This document shows, in pieces, positions 48,351-61,412 of a stretch of 64,000 nucleotides of DNA. Below the pieces are notes generated by a model, which saw only the letters and a list, made by a program, of their open reading frames with translations, searched no databases and was not told the origin of the DNA. The translations under genes were made by a program, and so were the position numbers. The first letter of the stretch is position 1. Each line of letters opens with the position of its first letter. Source of the stretch: Octopus bimaculoides (lineage: Eukaryota); NCBI RefSeq assembly GCF_001194135.2, contig NC_068984.1, forward strand, positions 53,908,519 through 53,972,518, given 5' to 3'.

Positions 48351-49117
48351 GATGAATGGAGAGCAAACCAAAACATTTTTACCAACATATTTTCTATTTC
48401 AGTTTTCTGTTAAAATGGAGTCAATGAATCTGAAAATTTAATTATATAATTATGTTAGAGGAAGATTATATTTTGTTAACTGAAACTTCATGTCTCAGTC
48501 ATAATTTCATGAAATGATATTAACACCACTTTCGTATGAATATAAACTAAGTGGTGTTATGGAAACTGAGACTATAGTGATTGACCCAACATTTGAATCA
48601 ATTGGATTTTGATAAAATATGTAGCATCTTAAGCACTGGAATGTTGATTTTTCTGTAAATATGAGAACTATTTTAAATGAAGGGGTTACAAACAATTAGC
48701 AAAGAGAGCATTTGAGGTTCTATTAACAAAAGTGTTAGAAGAAAGAAATATTGAAAGCTGTTTTAGAGTTACATCAATCATTTCAAGAGAGACATATATT
48801 TTACTTTATGAATTATGTTCAAAGATAAAAAAAGGAAAAAAATAGTATTTTATTGCATACATTTACTCTTTCACATTCCTCTTCTTGCTGCATGAATTCA
48901 CAATATTCAGTCCATTCAGTGTTTGCCAAATTCTTGAAGTAATTGCTGTGTTAGTCTTCCTTAATAACTAATTTGAATGTCTTTCATTTTCTAATTTCCT
49001 ATCCAATCAATAAAGTCTTATTTTATCTTATTAGATATTCTGATTTCCAAAAACCTGATTTTTATCCTTTATATTCACCCTCTTTTATCCTAAGTGCCTA
49101 GAATTATTTGAAGCATC

Positions 49118-49148
<31 letters not shown>

Positions 49149-49865
49149 TTGTACCTAATCTAAAGGCAAGTATTATTTCATTTGGTGTTTTACTTTTAAT
49201 TCTTTCTGTACCTACTTTGGAAACTTTCCTGCTCATCTCAGTGATTATGCCAACTTTTAGCCAAGCAATCTCTTCTTGTCGTTACACTGCATTAATCATT
49301 TTCATTCCTGCCTATATATGACCCATGTTAAAACAAATAGTTTGTTAGAGTTTAAAGTTGAGCTTCAAGGTTGATATGACAGTCAGATCATAATTTGTAC
49401 TTGTTGAGAGTTTTCTTTAATATCTAGACAGGATAGTAACTTGGAAGGAATAAGACTATTTCAAAACAGGATTGTGGATTAACTTAACTGATGAATTGAA
49501 ATATCTAAGAAACAAATGATATTGTGAAATTATCTACAATATTGTAGAAAAGTAGATATGTGACAGAAAATTTGATAAAAATTACATACAATCCCCAATA
49601 GTCTTTTTTCTTAATCTTAAAAAAGAAAAAACATATTTAGCTATAATAATACATAAAGAAATGCTGAGCTCTAATTGTGGAGGGTATCTGTAGAAGGGGT
49701 AGACTGAGGAAGATGTAGGATGAAGTGGTGAGAAAAGATCATTAGATGCTTGGCCTCACTAAGAAAATGACAAGGGACCAGATGTGGTGATTTGCTGTAA
49801 TTGATAAGACACATCAAACTAAGTAAAATCACTGTCTTCCACACATACAGCTTTGTCCTTTCAGG

Positions 49866-50090
49866 TACCAGTGCCACTTAAAAAGCACCCATGCTGGTGC
49901 TATGCAAATGCACTCATGCTGGTAGCATGTAAGATGCACCCAGCACATTCATTAGGAAGGGCATCCAGCCATAGAAACCATGCCACAACAAACAGTTTAA
50001 GTCTGGACAGACAACTCCCTGCCACCCAGCTCCATGTCAAACTGTTCAACCCCTGCTAGCATGGAAGAAGGATGTGAAACAATGATGATG
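49866..50090 (+). mobile_element. Old family E 3' end
   Basis: aaaaagcaccc...ttaggaagggcatccagccatagaaacc...gctagcatggaagaaggatgtgaaacaatgatgatg. Confidence 0.72.
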
Positions 50091-51699
50091 GATTGTAGGT
50101 CTTATAATAATAATTGGATTTTATAATTGGTGCTGGTAATGAACCAGCTCTTTGTGTCAGTGAACAGAAGTGAACAGAAATTATGTTTATTGAACATTTA
50201 AAGATTTTGTGAGTTATGAGAAGGTTGCAATCATGCTGCACAAAAAAAGAGCTTCTGTGTAATGATTTTTCTGTCCATATAATTTGTTATGCCAGGAACA
50301 TGTCCTACAATATATGAATTCCACCAAAAAATCCTGTTAAAGTTGGCTTCATATTTAAAATGACAAAATATTTACATGTGCTATTTTGGTTTCAATGCAA
50401 GTTGCTTGTATTCACTGGAAGTTCTGTTAGAGGATCTATATTTTATCAACTTTGTTAATCCTATGAGTCTATACTTGTTTCAGACTATTTTCCTATACCA
50501 TTTTACATGCTATCAATCCTCTATATCTATCTTGTGACACTTCTTCAGCCAGTCCTCATTAGCAGTCCATCATCTACATGTTGCTGGCATTCACCCACCA
50601 CTGTCTTCTTCACACTTCTTTGGTTTTCATTTAATTTTCTTCTCTCTACAGTTTATGAGTCTTATCTCTTCAAGAAAATATATTCATGTTCTATCATTTT
50701 AAAATTAATTAGGCAATAATTATTTAATGTAACTACATATGTTTTTAATTAGCTCTCTATTTTGAAACATGCAAATATTTTAAAACTTATTCTTTGTGTT
50801 TTTGTTCAATATTTGTTTTTTTTAATATTGAATTTAAAAATCATAAACAGGAATGCATAAAAATATAATAATTACATTATAAATAAACTTACTTCTCAAA
50901 ANNNNNNNNNNTAAATAGTTCTTTCACAGAGAGTGAAAGAGGGAGGGAGGGAGGGAAAGAATTTGATTTTATATACATTTATTAACGAAAGCTTCTTTGC
51001 TGTAGGCTAATTTGAGAATGTAAATCAAATATTCATTCCTATATTTTGTAGAAAATTATAATTAGCTAAATTATTTACATTAAACTATTTCAATGAAATT
51101 TATCATTTGCGAAAGATGTTTCTTAAAAATAAGTAGACAGATTTTCATTAAGTATCAGTCTTCACTCAAATATTTAGTCCTATAAAGAGTATTGCTGGTC
51201 TGCAGATGCTTCCAAATATATGTAGATTTCTACAATTACAGAAACCTTTAAGCCTTTTCACATAGGGTAGAATGAAAATTTTCTGAATGGAAAGTACCAT
51301 TTAACATTAGAACAGGTTATAGAATAACCTCCCATCTACAGCCAAAGTCAAATTTTCCAGTTAGAAAATTAAGCATTGCTGCACATAATTAATTTATCTG
51401 TCCCTTTGGCAGTTGTTACCATTGTGACACACTTAACACAATAAGATGTTTATGAAGCACAACAATCAATCGTCTAAGCACACTGAAAGTAGTGCATGCA
51501 GCTTTCAAACTTACATAAAATTTAAGCTGAAGAGCTTTAGAAGATACAAATGAAACCCTATGTGAAATTTCCAAGGAAAATGACAGTAGTTATTGCAAGG
51601 TAGGCTCAGTTGTCACTAGATATGAATAAATCTTTCAAAAGGTTTCTTTCACAATAATGACAGCTCAACGCAGCTAGTATATCAAGCAGTTAAGGTTTT

Positions 51700-52601
51700 G
51701 ATTTCCTATTCATCCTGCTCAATTTTTCACATATTATCTCCTTTCTGTGCCTTTATGTGTCTCTCCCTCCTCTAAGCTACATCTTAAATTTGCCATACCT
51801 TGTTTCTAACACCTCACATATTTGCTATCTCTTATATTTGCTCTTTTATATTAGCCGTTGGTGCTCACCACCCGTTGTTGTTGTCCCACTCTCTATAGCC
51901 ACCCTTATGTACCTCTGACCTCCATCTCTGTTACTGTACATCACCTTGCATACCATCATTATTTTCTCATCTATCCTTACTTTCTCATTTTCTTGACCCA
52001 CTTTGATCTCTGTCACCTTATCTTATCCCCTTCCACACTGATATTTCCCATCAACTACACCTCTACCCCCCCAATCACTACTCATCTGTTACTCTCCTCT
52101 GAGGCTCTTTTAAGATTCATCTTTTTCTCCTTCCCTGCAATCTACTTTCTCTTTTATAACCGTCTTCTTGTACCTTGAACTGTTCTGACTCTTGGCATCA
52201 TCATGTCTATCTTCTTTCCAGCTACTTCTACCCACCCTTTTATATCATGAGTTACTCATGTATCTTCTCTGTTGCAGGACATGTTCTGTCCCTCTGTCAC
52301 AGTTTACTCTCTCTACACTTTGCATAAAGCCACCTTCCTCTTTCTCAGTGCACCCTCTCACTCAGTAAGGTGTCCCTTTTCCTCCATTTCTCTTATCTTG
52401 CAAATTATTTGGTGACCTCACTAGTGCTGGTACCATGAAAAATCACCCAGTTCACCCCATAAAGTGATTGGTATTAGGAAGGGTAGAGACCATTCTAAAG
52501 CTGAGATTGGAACTCACTGCAGTCTTATATCTTGCTGGATCATGTCAAACTGTCCAGCCCATGCCAACATGGAAAATGAATGTTAAATGATGATGATGAT
52601 A
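51700..52601 (+). mobile_element. Old family E element: CT-rich region plus 3' end
   Basis: The 3' motif (52412-52601) ends catggaaaatgaatgttaaa(tga)n. Whether the preceding CT-rich 700 bp belongs to the element is inferred. Confidence 0.55.
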
Positions 52602-53257
52602 TCAGTGCCATTAACTTAATTGAAAAGAATTAACTTGGACTGTATAGCAAAACTTCAACTGTAACCACTGCTGTTACCACCATAAATACTGGTTATAGGT
52701 CTTATTTATCAGTATTAACTTGGGGATAAACAACGAGCACATGCACACGCAATACACGTGCACATAAATTTGTATGTGTATGAGGAGATTTTTTTTTTCT
52801 AGTTATGCATCTCTATTTAACAGATCTAAGATGTCTGGTAAAGTTCAGTGTAATTTTAGTGAGGTTAATTCTCTTTGTTATAATCTTCATCAAGAGTATT
52901 AAATATCTGTGCAGTTTCATGTGATTTAGGATTGAGTTCAACTTGTGTGCTAGTGCAGTAGCAATGCTTGCAATTGATTGCAAATGACTGCTTCTAATCT
53001 TGAGTTAATTGTAAAACACTGCAGTTTTTTTTTCTTCTTCTAATGCAACTGAACAGTTACATTTGAAAAGAGTCAAGAATCTCTCTTCTGTCATTTTCTC
53101 TTCTGCCAGCATCTCCGCTCTCATCAATGTTGCTTCCATTGATTTCTCTTGAGCCACCAAGGGAGTGCCTACATTATTGCTTTGCTTGCCTGAAATAGCT
53201 GCCAAATCTCCAGTTTTCCTCTGTCTTCTAAAAAGAGGGAAGAATACATGAAATAAT

Positions 53258-53612
53258 GTAGTCTTGCATAGTGTTTAGAGCGTCAGGCTCACAATCATGA
53301 GGTAGTGAGTTTTATTCCTAACTGGGCTGTGTGTTGTGCTTTTGAGCAGCAAGACACTTCATTTCATGTTGCTCCAGTTCACTCAGCTGTAGAAATGAGT
53401 TGCGATGTCACTGGTGCCAAGCTGTGTCGGAATTTGCGTTTCTCTTGGATAACATTGGTGGCGTGGAGAGGGGAGGCTGGTATGCATGGGTAACTAATGG
53501 TCTTCCATAAACAACCTTGCTTGGGCTTGTGTCTTGGAGGGGAACTTTGTAGGTGCAATCCCATGGTCATTCATGACTGAAAGTGATCTTTACCGAAAGT
53601 GATCTTTACCTT
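53258..53612 (+). mobile_element. tRNA-derived SINE with a distinct 3' module
   Basis: tRNA-like head, V-type linker gacacttcatttcatgttgctccagttcactcagctg, GC-rich module tggtggcgtggagaggggaggctgg, and a tail with the 16-bp tandem gaaagtgatctttacc twice. Confidence 0.78.
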
Positions 53613-53761
53613 TAGATATCCTTAAAAGGACTTTCTGGTCATGGCTGGAATATCTTTTGATTATAGTTCTGCCTGATCTCTGAGCTGACATGGGGTTAAA
53701 TGACAAAATCTTATTTCTCTTAGTAGATTTTTATTTCTGAAAGTGGAAATTTTATATTTAA

Positions 53762-54843
53762 CCCTTTCGTTACTATATTTCTGACCAAAATACACCCCTC
53801 ATGAGTTTCAATTAAATTCTAAAATAATCATGAATTTAGACTAGTCTCATTAAACACCTGTAACTTTTTTTATTTATCAGCATATTAATGTGATATATGG
53901 AACATAATTAAAGAAAGGGTTCTTAATCAATTCTATTGCATAATTTTTGTCTCAAAGTTCTCCACGTACTGGGAGGGGGGTGTACTGCTAGTGTCTCTCA
54001 CATGGAAATATTGGTTCAGCTTCACGAATGAACCAAATAATGGTTCAGCTTCGTTCATAATACTGGAAATATATTCATCGCCAAAAGGTTCCTGATCACT
54101 CCAGTAATTTGTTATTCTGGGTAACTGTCTAATAATACCTATAATAATATTTATGGCAAAAAATGCCTGTATTTCATCTACAGTTGCAGGAAACCACAAG
54201 CTATCTTTTTTTTCTGGTTTGTTTACATTCTGCGTAACGGTTTGTTTCCACAGTAACCATTTCAAACAAGCATGAAAAAGAAGTCTAAAGGTTTCGCTTC
54301 CTGAGAAAGACTATGGGTAGACCCTGTTTCCTCAGAAAAATTGTTAATAAAAATATTTTTTTAATCTTTTTCTGGTGTAAAATCATCCTCGCTGTCGCCG
54401 TCGCTGCTTTCAGAATCGCTGCTTTCAGTTTCGGATACAGAAATATCCGATTTATTATCGTTCACCACGTGCTTTTGTAGCTCATTCATTCTTTTCTTCG
54501 ATATCTCCATATCTTCTGTTGAAAAACCTTCAAATTCGGAATCACTACTTGATAGCATGAAACTCCTCTCCATCTTCAAAGTTAAAAAAAATTAACACCG
54601 CAAAAAATGTGGAAAAAAATCTTCCAAAATTCACTGAGTTCAAATGTCACGCCAAACAATGTGGGAGACAATAACTCAACTGTTTGCAAAATGAAATCAG
54701 GTGTTTTAACAAATGTACTAATGAGATTTGGGTTCAAATATACATTTAAATAACAATGGGTACGCTCGGCCGGCTACGACCGGGTTAATCTTATGAACCA
54801 AAAAATTTTTCGGTCGGCTTCGGCCGGGTTAGTAACGAAAGGG
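53762..54843 (-). mobile_element. Internally deleted piggyBac transposon with intact ends
   Basis: TTAA at 53758-53761 and 54844-54847; perfect 13-bp TIRs ccctttcgttact/agtaacgaaaggg. Minus strand encodes an acidic N-terminus (54361-54579) and a PGBD-like segment VETNRYA...WFPATVDEIQAFFAINIIIGI...LP...YWS...YFHVRD. The DDD core is absent. Confidence 0.93.
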
Positions 54844-56673
54844 TTAAATCATAAAGCTTACAAAAGATTTTCCCACAATAATGACAGCTATCAGTAGCTA
54901 ATATATCAAGCAACTAAGTTTTAGATTCACTATGTCAGTGCCATTAAGCTTCTGACTGTGAAAATTAAATTTCATGGTTATTCCAGTAATGATGTTAAAT
55001 GTCTACCAAAAGATACCATTGGTATTTAAAATTTTTTTTTTTTTTGCAAATCATGTTGCCTCTATAAACTCGACATATCACAATGAAAAATAGTTTTAAA
55101 CCTGACATTCTCAATAAAAGATATAAAACTGCTTTCTGCAGTTGAGGGTAATAAAGTTTTAGTGGATTTATCAGATTCCTGCATAAAAAGAGTTAACATA
55201 GTGGAAGAAAGTTTACCTTGAACTGCCCAATAACAAAATCCTAAGCACAACACGACCAATGCCATTACTTCTTACACTACCTTCCTCTGATGCTATTATC
55301 ATCATCACAACCACTACCATCATGATCACTATTACCTACCATTCCATTTGAACTGTTCCATTTGTTAGGTTGTTAAATAATAGCTATAGTTATATTTGGC
55401 AATAATACTTTTTCCCTTTGCTGGAAACCAGTTTTTGTTGTGATGCTTAACACTTTTGTGGTCATCTTTCTTGTATATTGCTGAAAAGTTTAATGAATTT
55501 TGAAAAATAATCAAGAATTTCAAAAGATTTAGAAATAAAACTAACTCTATTATTTGTTAAGCTGATGGTTGATTATAACTCAACAAAAGGACTTGGCATG
55601 AAATTATATTGAGATGTTTTAATTTAAATATGAGCATGTTAAAAATGAGGAATTTTTGTGTTAGAACCAGCAGGGTTTTCAGGTTGGTTTATATCAAAAG
55701 AGTTAATAAATATGGTTGAATTATCTTCTGTATGTTATTAGTTTGTATTTCATTGGTGCCTGGAGGAGCAGGCTAAACACCAAATTAAATATAGTCTTAC
55801 TGTCTTTATAATTGCTACTGCATAATTATAAGAAATAATAGTTTAGAGATAGTAATATATCAATGCAAATATTATTGATCTATAAGTATTTGATAATTGC
55901 TCTATGCTGCGGATGATTTATGGTTAAAATTAATTCTGTTATATAACCTGTCATGATATTGATATAAATACTCAGATTAGCAAACATACAAAATATCCTT
56001 TGGCTTTTTCAACACTTATTCAGTTAGGTGATTGTAAATAATGTCACTGCAATATATTCAAACTGTTTTATACCCTACTACTTTCTTAACCTCAGGCCCA
56101 GTATTTTATAATACTATATTAAAATCAATTTACTTTTTATATATAATTAAGTCTAGCAATAATATTAATAGTACGTTTATGGTATAAAGTTGATAATGAC
56201 AAATTGATTATTACTCTAATGAATGAAGTAATCCAAGGTTAATAGCTTCTGAGATTAATATGAGATTTCAATAAGCTTGCATCTTGTTCATCATCATTCA
56301 TAGTTTGCAATGGTTTTCAATGGGAAAGTTTACAATTCCTGTAAACCTTTACAAGCCAGGAGGTGGTCAGGTCAGTTCTTGAAATTTTACCTTAATGTGT
56401 ATAAGTTACTATGTTTTCAGTCCTAAATCTTCAGTTATTTGTTTATTTATTGTATATGATTTGAGAGCTAAGATCATTCATTTTCATTTTACCTGATAGT
56501 TTAAGCTTCTATAAAATCGTCTTTTGATAAAATTGATTAACTGTTGTAATATGGAAAGTCATATGAAATCTGTTATATTGTATTTACCGTGTACATTGTA
56601 TATTGTATGTATATGAGTATGTATATGTACATGCATAAATGTGTGTGTGTGCATGTTTCTGTACATGCATAAA

Positions 56674-56704
<31 letters not shown>

Positions 56705-56874
56705 CTGTACATGCATGTGTTTGTATGTATATATAAATATATACAAGTATATAACAAATAATGCTTCTATATCACAATGCTTAAACAAATTACAATGCTC
56801 TTCTTTCATATTAATAGATACATATATATATTTATATGTATATATATATGAGTAGGATTGTGTGTAATTATATA

Positions 56875-56907
<33 letters not shown>

Positions 56908-56912
<5 letters not shown>

Positions 56913-57085
56913 CACCCACTACACTCTGAGTGGTTGGCGTTAGGAAGGGCATCCAGCTGTAGAAACTCTGCCAAATTAGATTGGAGCCTGATGTTGCCAT
57001 CCGGTTTCACCAGTCCTCAGTCAAATCGTCCAACCCATGCTAGCATGGAAAGCGGACGTTAAACGATGATGATGATGATGATGAT
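56908..57085 (+). mobile_element. Young family E 3' end with (GAT)n tail, inserted in (TA)n
   Basis: Near-identical to 12808-12987 and flanked by (TA)n on both sides. Confidence 0.88.
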
Positions 57086-57299
57086 ATATATATATATATA
57101 TATACACATATATATATATATATATGTGTGTGTGCGTGTGCGTGCATGTGTATCATCATCATTTAACATCCTTCTTTCTTGCTGCATGGCTTAAAGTTTC
57201 TAAGTACATTAAAACTGTATTTTGTGCAATGCAAATATTACTCAATACTTTGGACATTGTGTAGAGTGGCTAGATATATTTATTATGAAAATTTGTTTG

Positions 57300-57500
57300 A
57301 TGCTTCTTTGGGTAGGTCTTCTCATGAGTGGGTTAGTGAGTAAGTTGATTACATTGACTCCAGTGCTGACTGGCACTTCATTGACTCCAAAAGGACGAAA
57401 AGCAATGTTGACCTCAGCGGAATTTGAACTCAGAACGTAAAAATAGACAAAATGCCACTAAGCATTTTGTCCTGTGCGCCATTGATTCTGCCAGCTCATA
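57300..57500 (-). mobile_element. SINE family C
   Basis: gttgattacattgactccagtgctgactgg...gacctcagcggaatttgaactcagaacgtaaa...gattctgccagctc. Confidence 0.8.
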
Positions 57501-57614
57501 ACTCTCTCCTCATTTGATATAATAATTTGTTATAATAAACACATGTATACACACATGCACACACACACGCACCCATGATTGTTGCATATATAAATACATA
57601 CATGTATATATTAG

Positions 57615-57843
57615 AAGGCCTTTCCTGAGTCGTAGGCTCATAAGGCTGAGTTTTTTAGATTCTCTAACACGTATATTCATCCTCTGGACAGGATGCCAGT
57701 CTGTTGCAAGATTACTCATTTTCGCCAGCAGCTTGAGATGTAATGTTTTGCTCAAGAACACAATGAATCACTCAGTCCAGGGATCGAAACCTCAATCTTC
57801 TTATCATGAATGCAACACCCCAACCACTAGGTCATGCACTTCC
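57615..57843 (-). mobile_element. V-type SINE
   Basis: ctggacaggatgccagtctgttgcaag...ttttgctcaagaacacaatg...caaccactaggtcatgcacttccaca; related to 11175-11335. Confidence 0.75.
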
Positions 57844-59459
57844 ACAATTTACAATGGTATTCATCTAGAAATATCTCTCTTAGTGTTTTTTGGTACTACT
57901 TTATCTAATTTGTCCTTCTTGTTTCTCATGAGAGTAGGGTGTGATTTGTAATAGATATGGTTACTATTTGCAGATCCCTTGTTGACTCAATGTACTGAAG
58001 TTGATTTTTACCCATCAGCAACTACAAACTCTTAAACCATTATGATTTGGTTGACTCTGCTTTTTGTCCTACTAATGTCAAGTGCTGGGGGTTAGTTTAA
58101 TCAAATGTAATCCATCTTCCCACCAAAAAATTGTGAACGTGTTTCAGTATCAGAAATTCTTTAGTGAATTTGTTTGTAAGCCTTTAAGGCTTGTAAATGG
58201 AATGTTAACTTATATTGATGAAGTGTTTAGATGTATTTCTCATCCATTGATATATTTACCAATTTCATTTTACTTTCTTCTTATTCTCTCTCTTTCTCTG
58301 TCTCCCTTTTGCTCTTCTTTTGTTTTCTCTTTTATTCACTTCTCTCTACACTTTCCTCTCCTCTTTGCCACCTACACCCCTCCTTCTTTCATATACGTCT
58401 GTTGTATAACTTCATGTTTCTAAGGAATTACTAAACTCATTTGAGAAGGCATTATGCCTGTAGTTTGTTTGAGAATTCATTTGTTGTAGTGTAATGTATT
58501 TTGATATCATGTGAATGGGAGAGAGAGAGAGACAATGTGTGCACCAATAACCTCTTTCCTTAACAGACAAAATCAGTGGGTGGAAATATATTAAAAATAT
58601 TATTTGTGAGGGAATCTTATTGATTCAAATCTCATTTCCAAAGCCGACCGATCACATGTAAAATCAATTTGATTATATAATAATGTTTAAGATTCCCTGC
58701 CTATTTCTGTCAGACAACACGATAGACTATATATTTCATCAATACAGCTTAATCATATTTTCCGGTTCCTTGTGCTTGATAATACAAGTTGTAAACAATT
58801 AAAAACATACAACACACGCACACACACACACACATACACAAACACACACACAAATGTATGCTTCTGAAAACTTACATGCACACACACTCTTATACACAAA
58901 TGTACGCTTGTGTACACAGACACACATACATGCACACAGACACATACTCACACATTGGAAATAGACTAATACACAAACGCATGTGCATGCAAGCACTCCT
59001 CAAAATAGACTCACACACACACATGCACACACACTCATGTATGTACGTGCATGCCACCTACACCATATATGTGTATGTGTGTGTTTGTCTCTATGGTCTA
59101 ATGGCAATAGAACTGTAAACTAAAGTGGGTTACCTAAGACAAGACCAGTTTGAAATTGAGTGATACTTTACTGAAGAAGTGGAGACAGTGAGAATGTTAA
59201 ATTCAGTTTCATTTGTATCCATTTAACAACCAGCAACAGCATATTTCCTACATGACATACATAGATACCCATACATGTCTGAGACAATGATGGGGCATCT
59301 GTATGGTTACATGCCCAGCAAGAAATAGCAACCAAATTGTATTTACCAACTTAAAAGAAATTAAGGACATTTTGGATATGGTACTCCCAAAGACAACTTT
59401 ACCTTTCATCTTTTCAAGGTTGAATTAAATATGGGTATTTGTCAGTACTGGGGGTTGAT

Positions 59460-59483
59460 CTCTGTCTGTCTGTCCGTATTTCA

Positions 59484-59522
<39 letters not shown>

Positions 59523-59612
59523 ACCATTTGTCTGTTTCTGCTTGTGTCTCTGTCTGTCTGTCTATCTTTGTGTGTATGTCTCTGTCTCTGTCTCTGTTTG
59601 TCTGTCTCTAGC
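59460..59612. repeat. Compound (TCTG)/(TC)/(TG) microsatellite
   Basis: Visible low-complexity pyrimidine-rich tract. Confidence 0.9.
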
Positions 59613-59911
59613 TGTCTTCCCATCCACACCCCAATCAATCTCTTTCTCAGGTGGCTGTGTCACACTGCAGGAGGGATTTAGGGATAACCACTTGCCGTCT
59701 CCCTTTCTGTGGAAATGGAAGACAGTTGAGCAAAGTGGCCAGTAAACTTTTCTCATAAAAAAAAGAAGGAAAAAAAAAACTGACAAAAAAATGGAAAGAA
59801 AGGACAACTAGCTGGCAGATTTGTTATAGTATCAGGCAGGACATCATGCAGTATTTATTCTGATACTTTGTCCTCTGAGCTCAAATGCCACTGAGAACAA
59901 TTTTTTTTATT

Positions 59912-60148
59912 GGAGCAGACATAGCTGAGTGGTTAAGAAGCTTGCTTCCCAACCATGTGGTCTTGGGTTCAGATCCACTATGCAGCACCTTGGTAAAGTG
60001 TCTGCTATTATTACCCCAGGCCAACCAAAGCCTTGTGAGTGGATTTGGTTGTTGGAAACTGAAGGAAGCTTGTTCTATACTTGTGCGTGTGTAACAATAC
60101 TAACATTAATATCTCTCATGAGCATTAATGTTCTTTATGTATTTCTTA

Positions 60149-60233
<85 letters not shown>

Positions 60234-60365
60234 TGTTGTGTTTGTCGTCAAGAACCGTATGACTACTGGTGTTATAAGTGTTGAAATTGATTTGATGGAC
60301 TAAACCTTTCAAGGTGGTGCCCTAGCATGGTCACAGTATGAAAGAAATAGAGGATAAAAGATAAA
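59912..60365 (+). mobile_element. SINE family B with expanded internal (TA)(TG)
   Basis: Head gacatagctgagtggttaagaagcttgc; tail ggtggtgccctagcatggtcacag...ggataaaagata. Confidence 0.8.
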
Positions 60366-60620
60366 TGCTTGCTAGAAGTATTTAAGGATTGACTGCTATG
60401 TGGTATATAACATACAACAGATGTAAAATAAAGAAGTGACACTATGCTTGTTGAGGATGAGTGAACCATGAGTAAAATGCTTTTGATCACATGTTGGCTT
60501 ATTCAGGGCTGACCTAAGGCTAAATGGTAATGTACATACTTATCTATATTTGTTTAGAAACAAAATAATTTAGAAATAAGTTTTCATCATCAGCAAGTAT
60601 ACTTTAAAAAAAATGTTTAT

Positions 60621-60739
60621 GTTACTTGTTTCAGTGTGGCCAAGTTGGAGCACTGCTTTGAATGGTTTCGTCAAGCAATTGATCCCAGTACAACATTGGT
60701 TGTGAAGCAGTGAGGTGTGGAAGAAACACAATGACCCCT

Positions 60740-60782
<43 letters not shown>

Positions 60783-60935
60783 AACAAACACACACGGCAG
60801 GCTTCCACAATTTCTGTTTACCTAATTCAAAAACAAGGCATTTAGTTGCCCCATTGGTGTAATAGAAGACAAAAACACTTGCCCAAGGTGCCAAGTATTG
60901 GGGCTGAATCCCAAACTATGTGATTGCAAAGCAAC
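60621..60935 (-). mobile_element. SINE family B, old copy
   Basis: Reverse complement of tail, internal (CA)n and head (cacttgcccaaggtgcc). Confidence 0.78.
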
Positions 60936-61305
60936 ATATGTATGTTTCTGTTGCCTTGGTGCCTTTGTATTGTTACTCAACTCACAAGAAAAACCAGTGA
61001 AATCTCCTTCAAATCACACTACCTCACAAAGGAATGAACGCGGACAGTGTAGTCATTAGATCTACAAATGAAACAGATGGTGATGACTGTAAAACTTTTT
61101 AATCAATGATCTGTTTGAAGTAGAGCTGATCTGGGGCTATACAACAGCAGTATGCCATCTCTCCATCACCCTACCCAGTTTCCTATTATTCAATAGTTTC
61201 TAAGGGAACCCACTTTTGTTTTCTTTCTATACATTTATGGACAGAGACATATAGTTACAGGTGTTCTCTCTGCCTCTATCTGTCACTTATCCTGTTGCTC
61301 CCATT

Positions 61306-61313
61306 TCTCTCTC

Positions 61314-61409
<96 letters not shown>
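61306..61409. repeat. (CT)n microsatellite, about 100 bp
   Basis: Nearly pure CT run with one interruption. Confidence 0.97.

Positions 61410-61412
<3 letters not shown>

Noticed and set aside
53005-53205. 66-aa minus-strand ORF with natural-looking composition
   Set aside because: Its start lies in a family D repeat, and there is no motif or splice support.
56995-57030. Antisense CTGAGGA-ctggt-GAAA in the family E tail
   Set aside because: There is no stem II or stem I, and it is not conserved in the copy at 12900.
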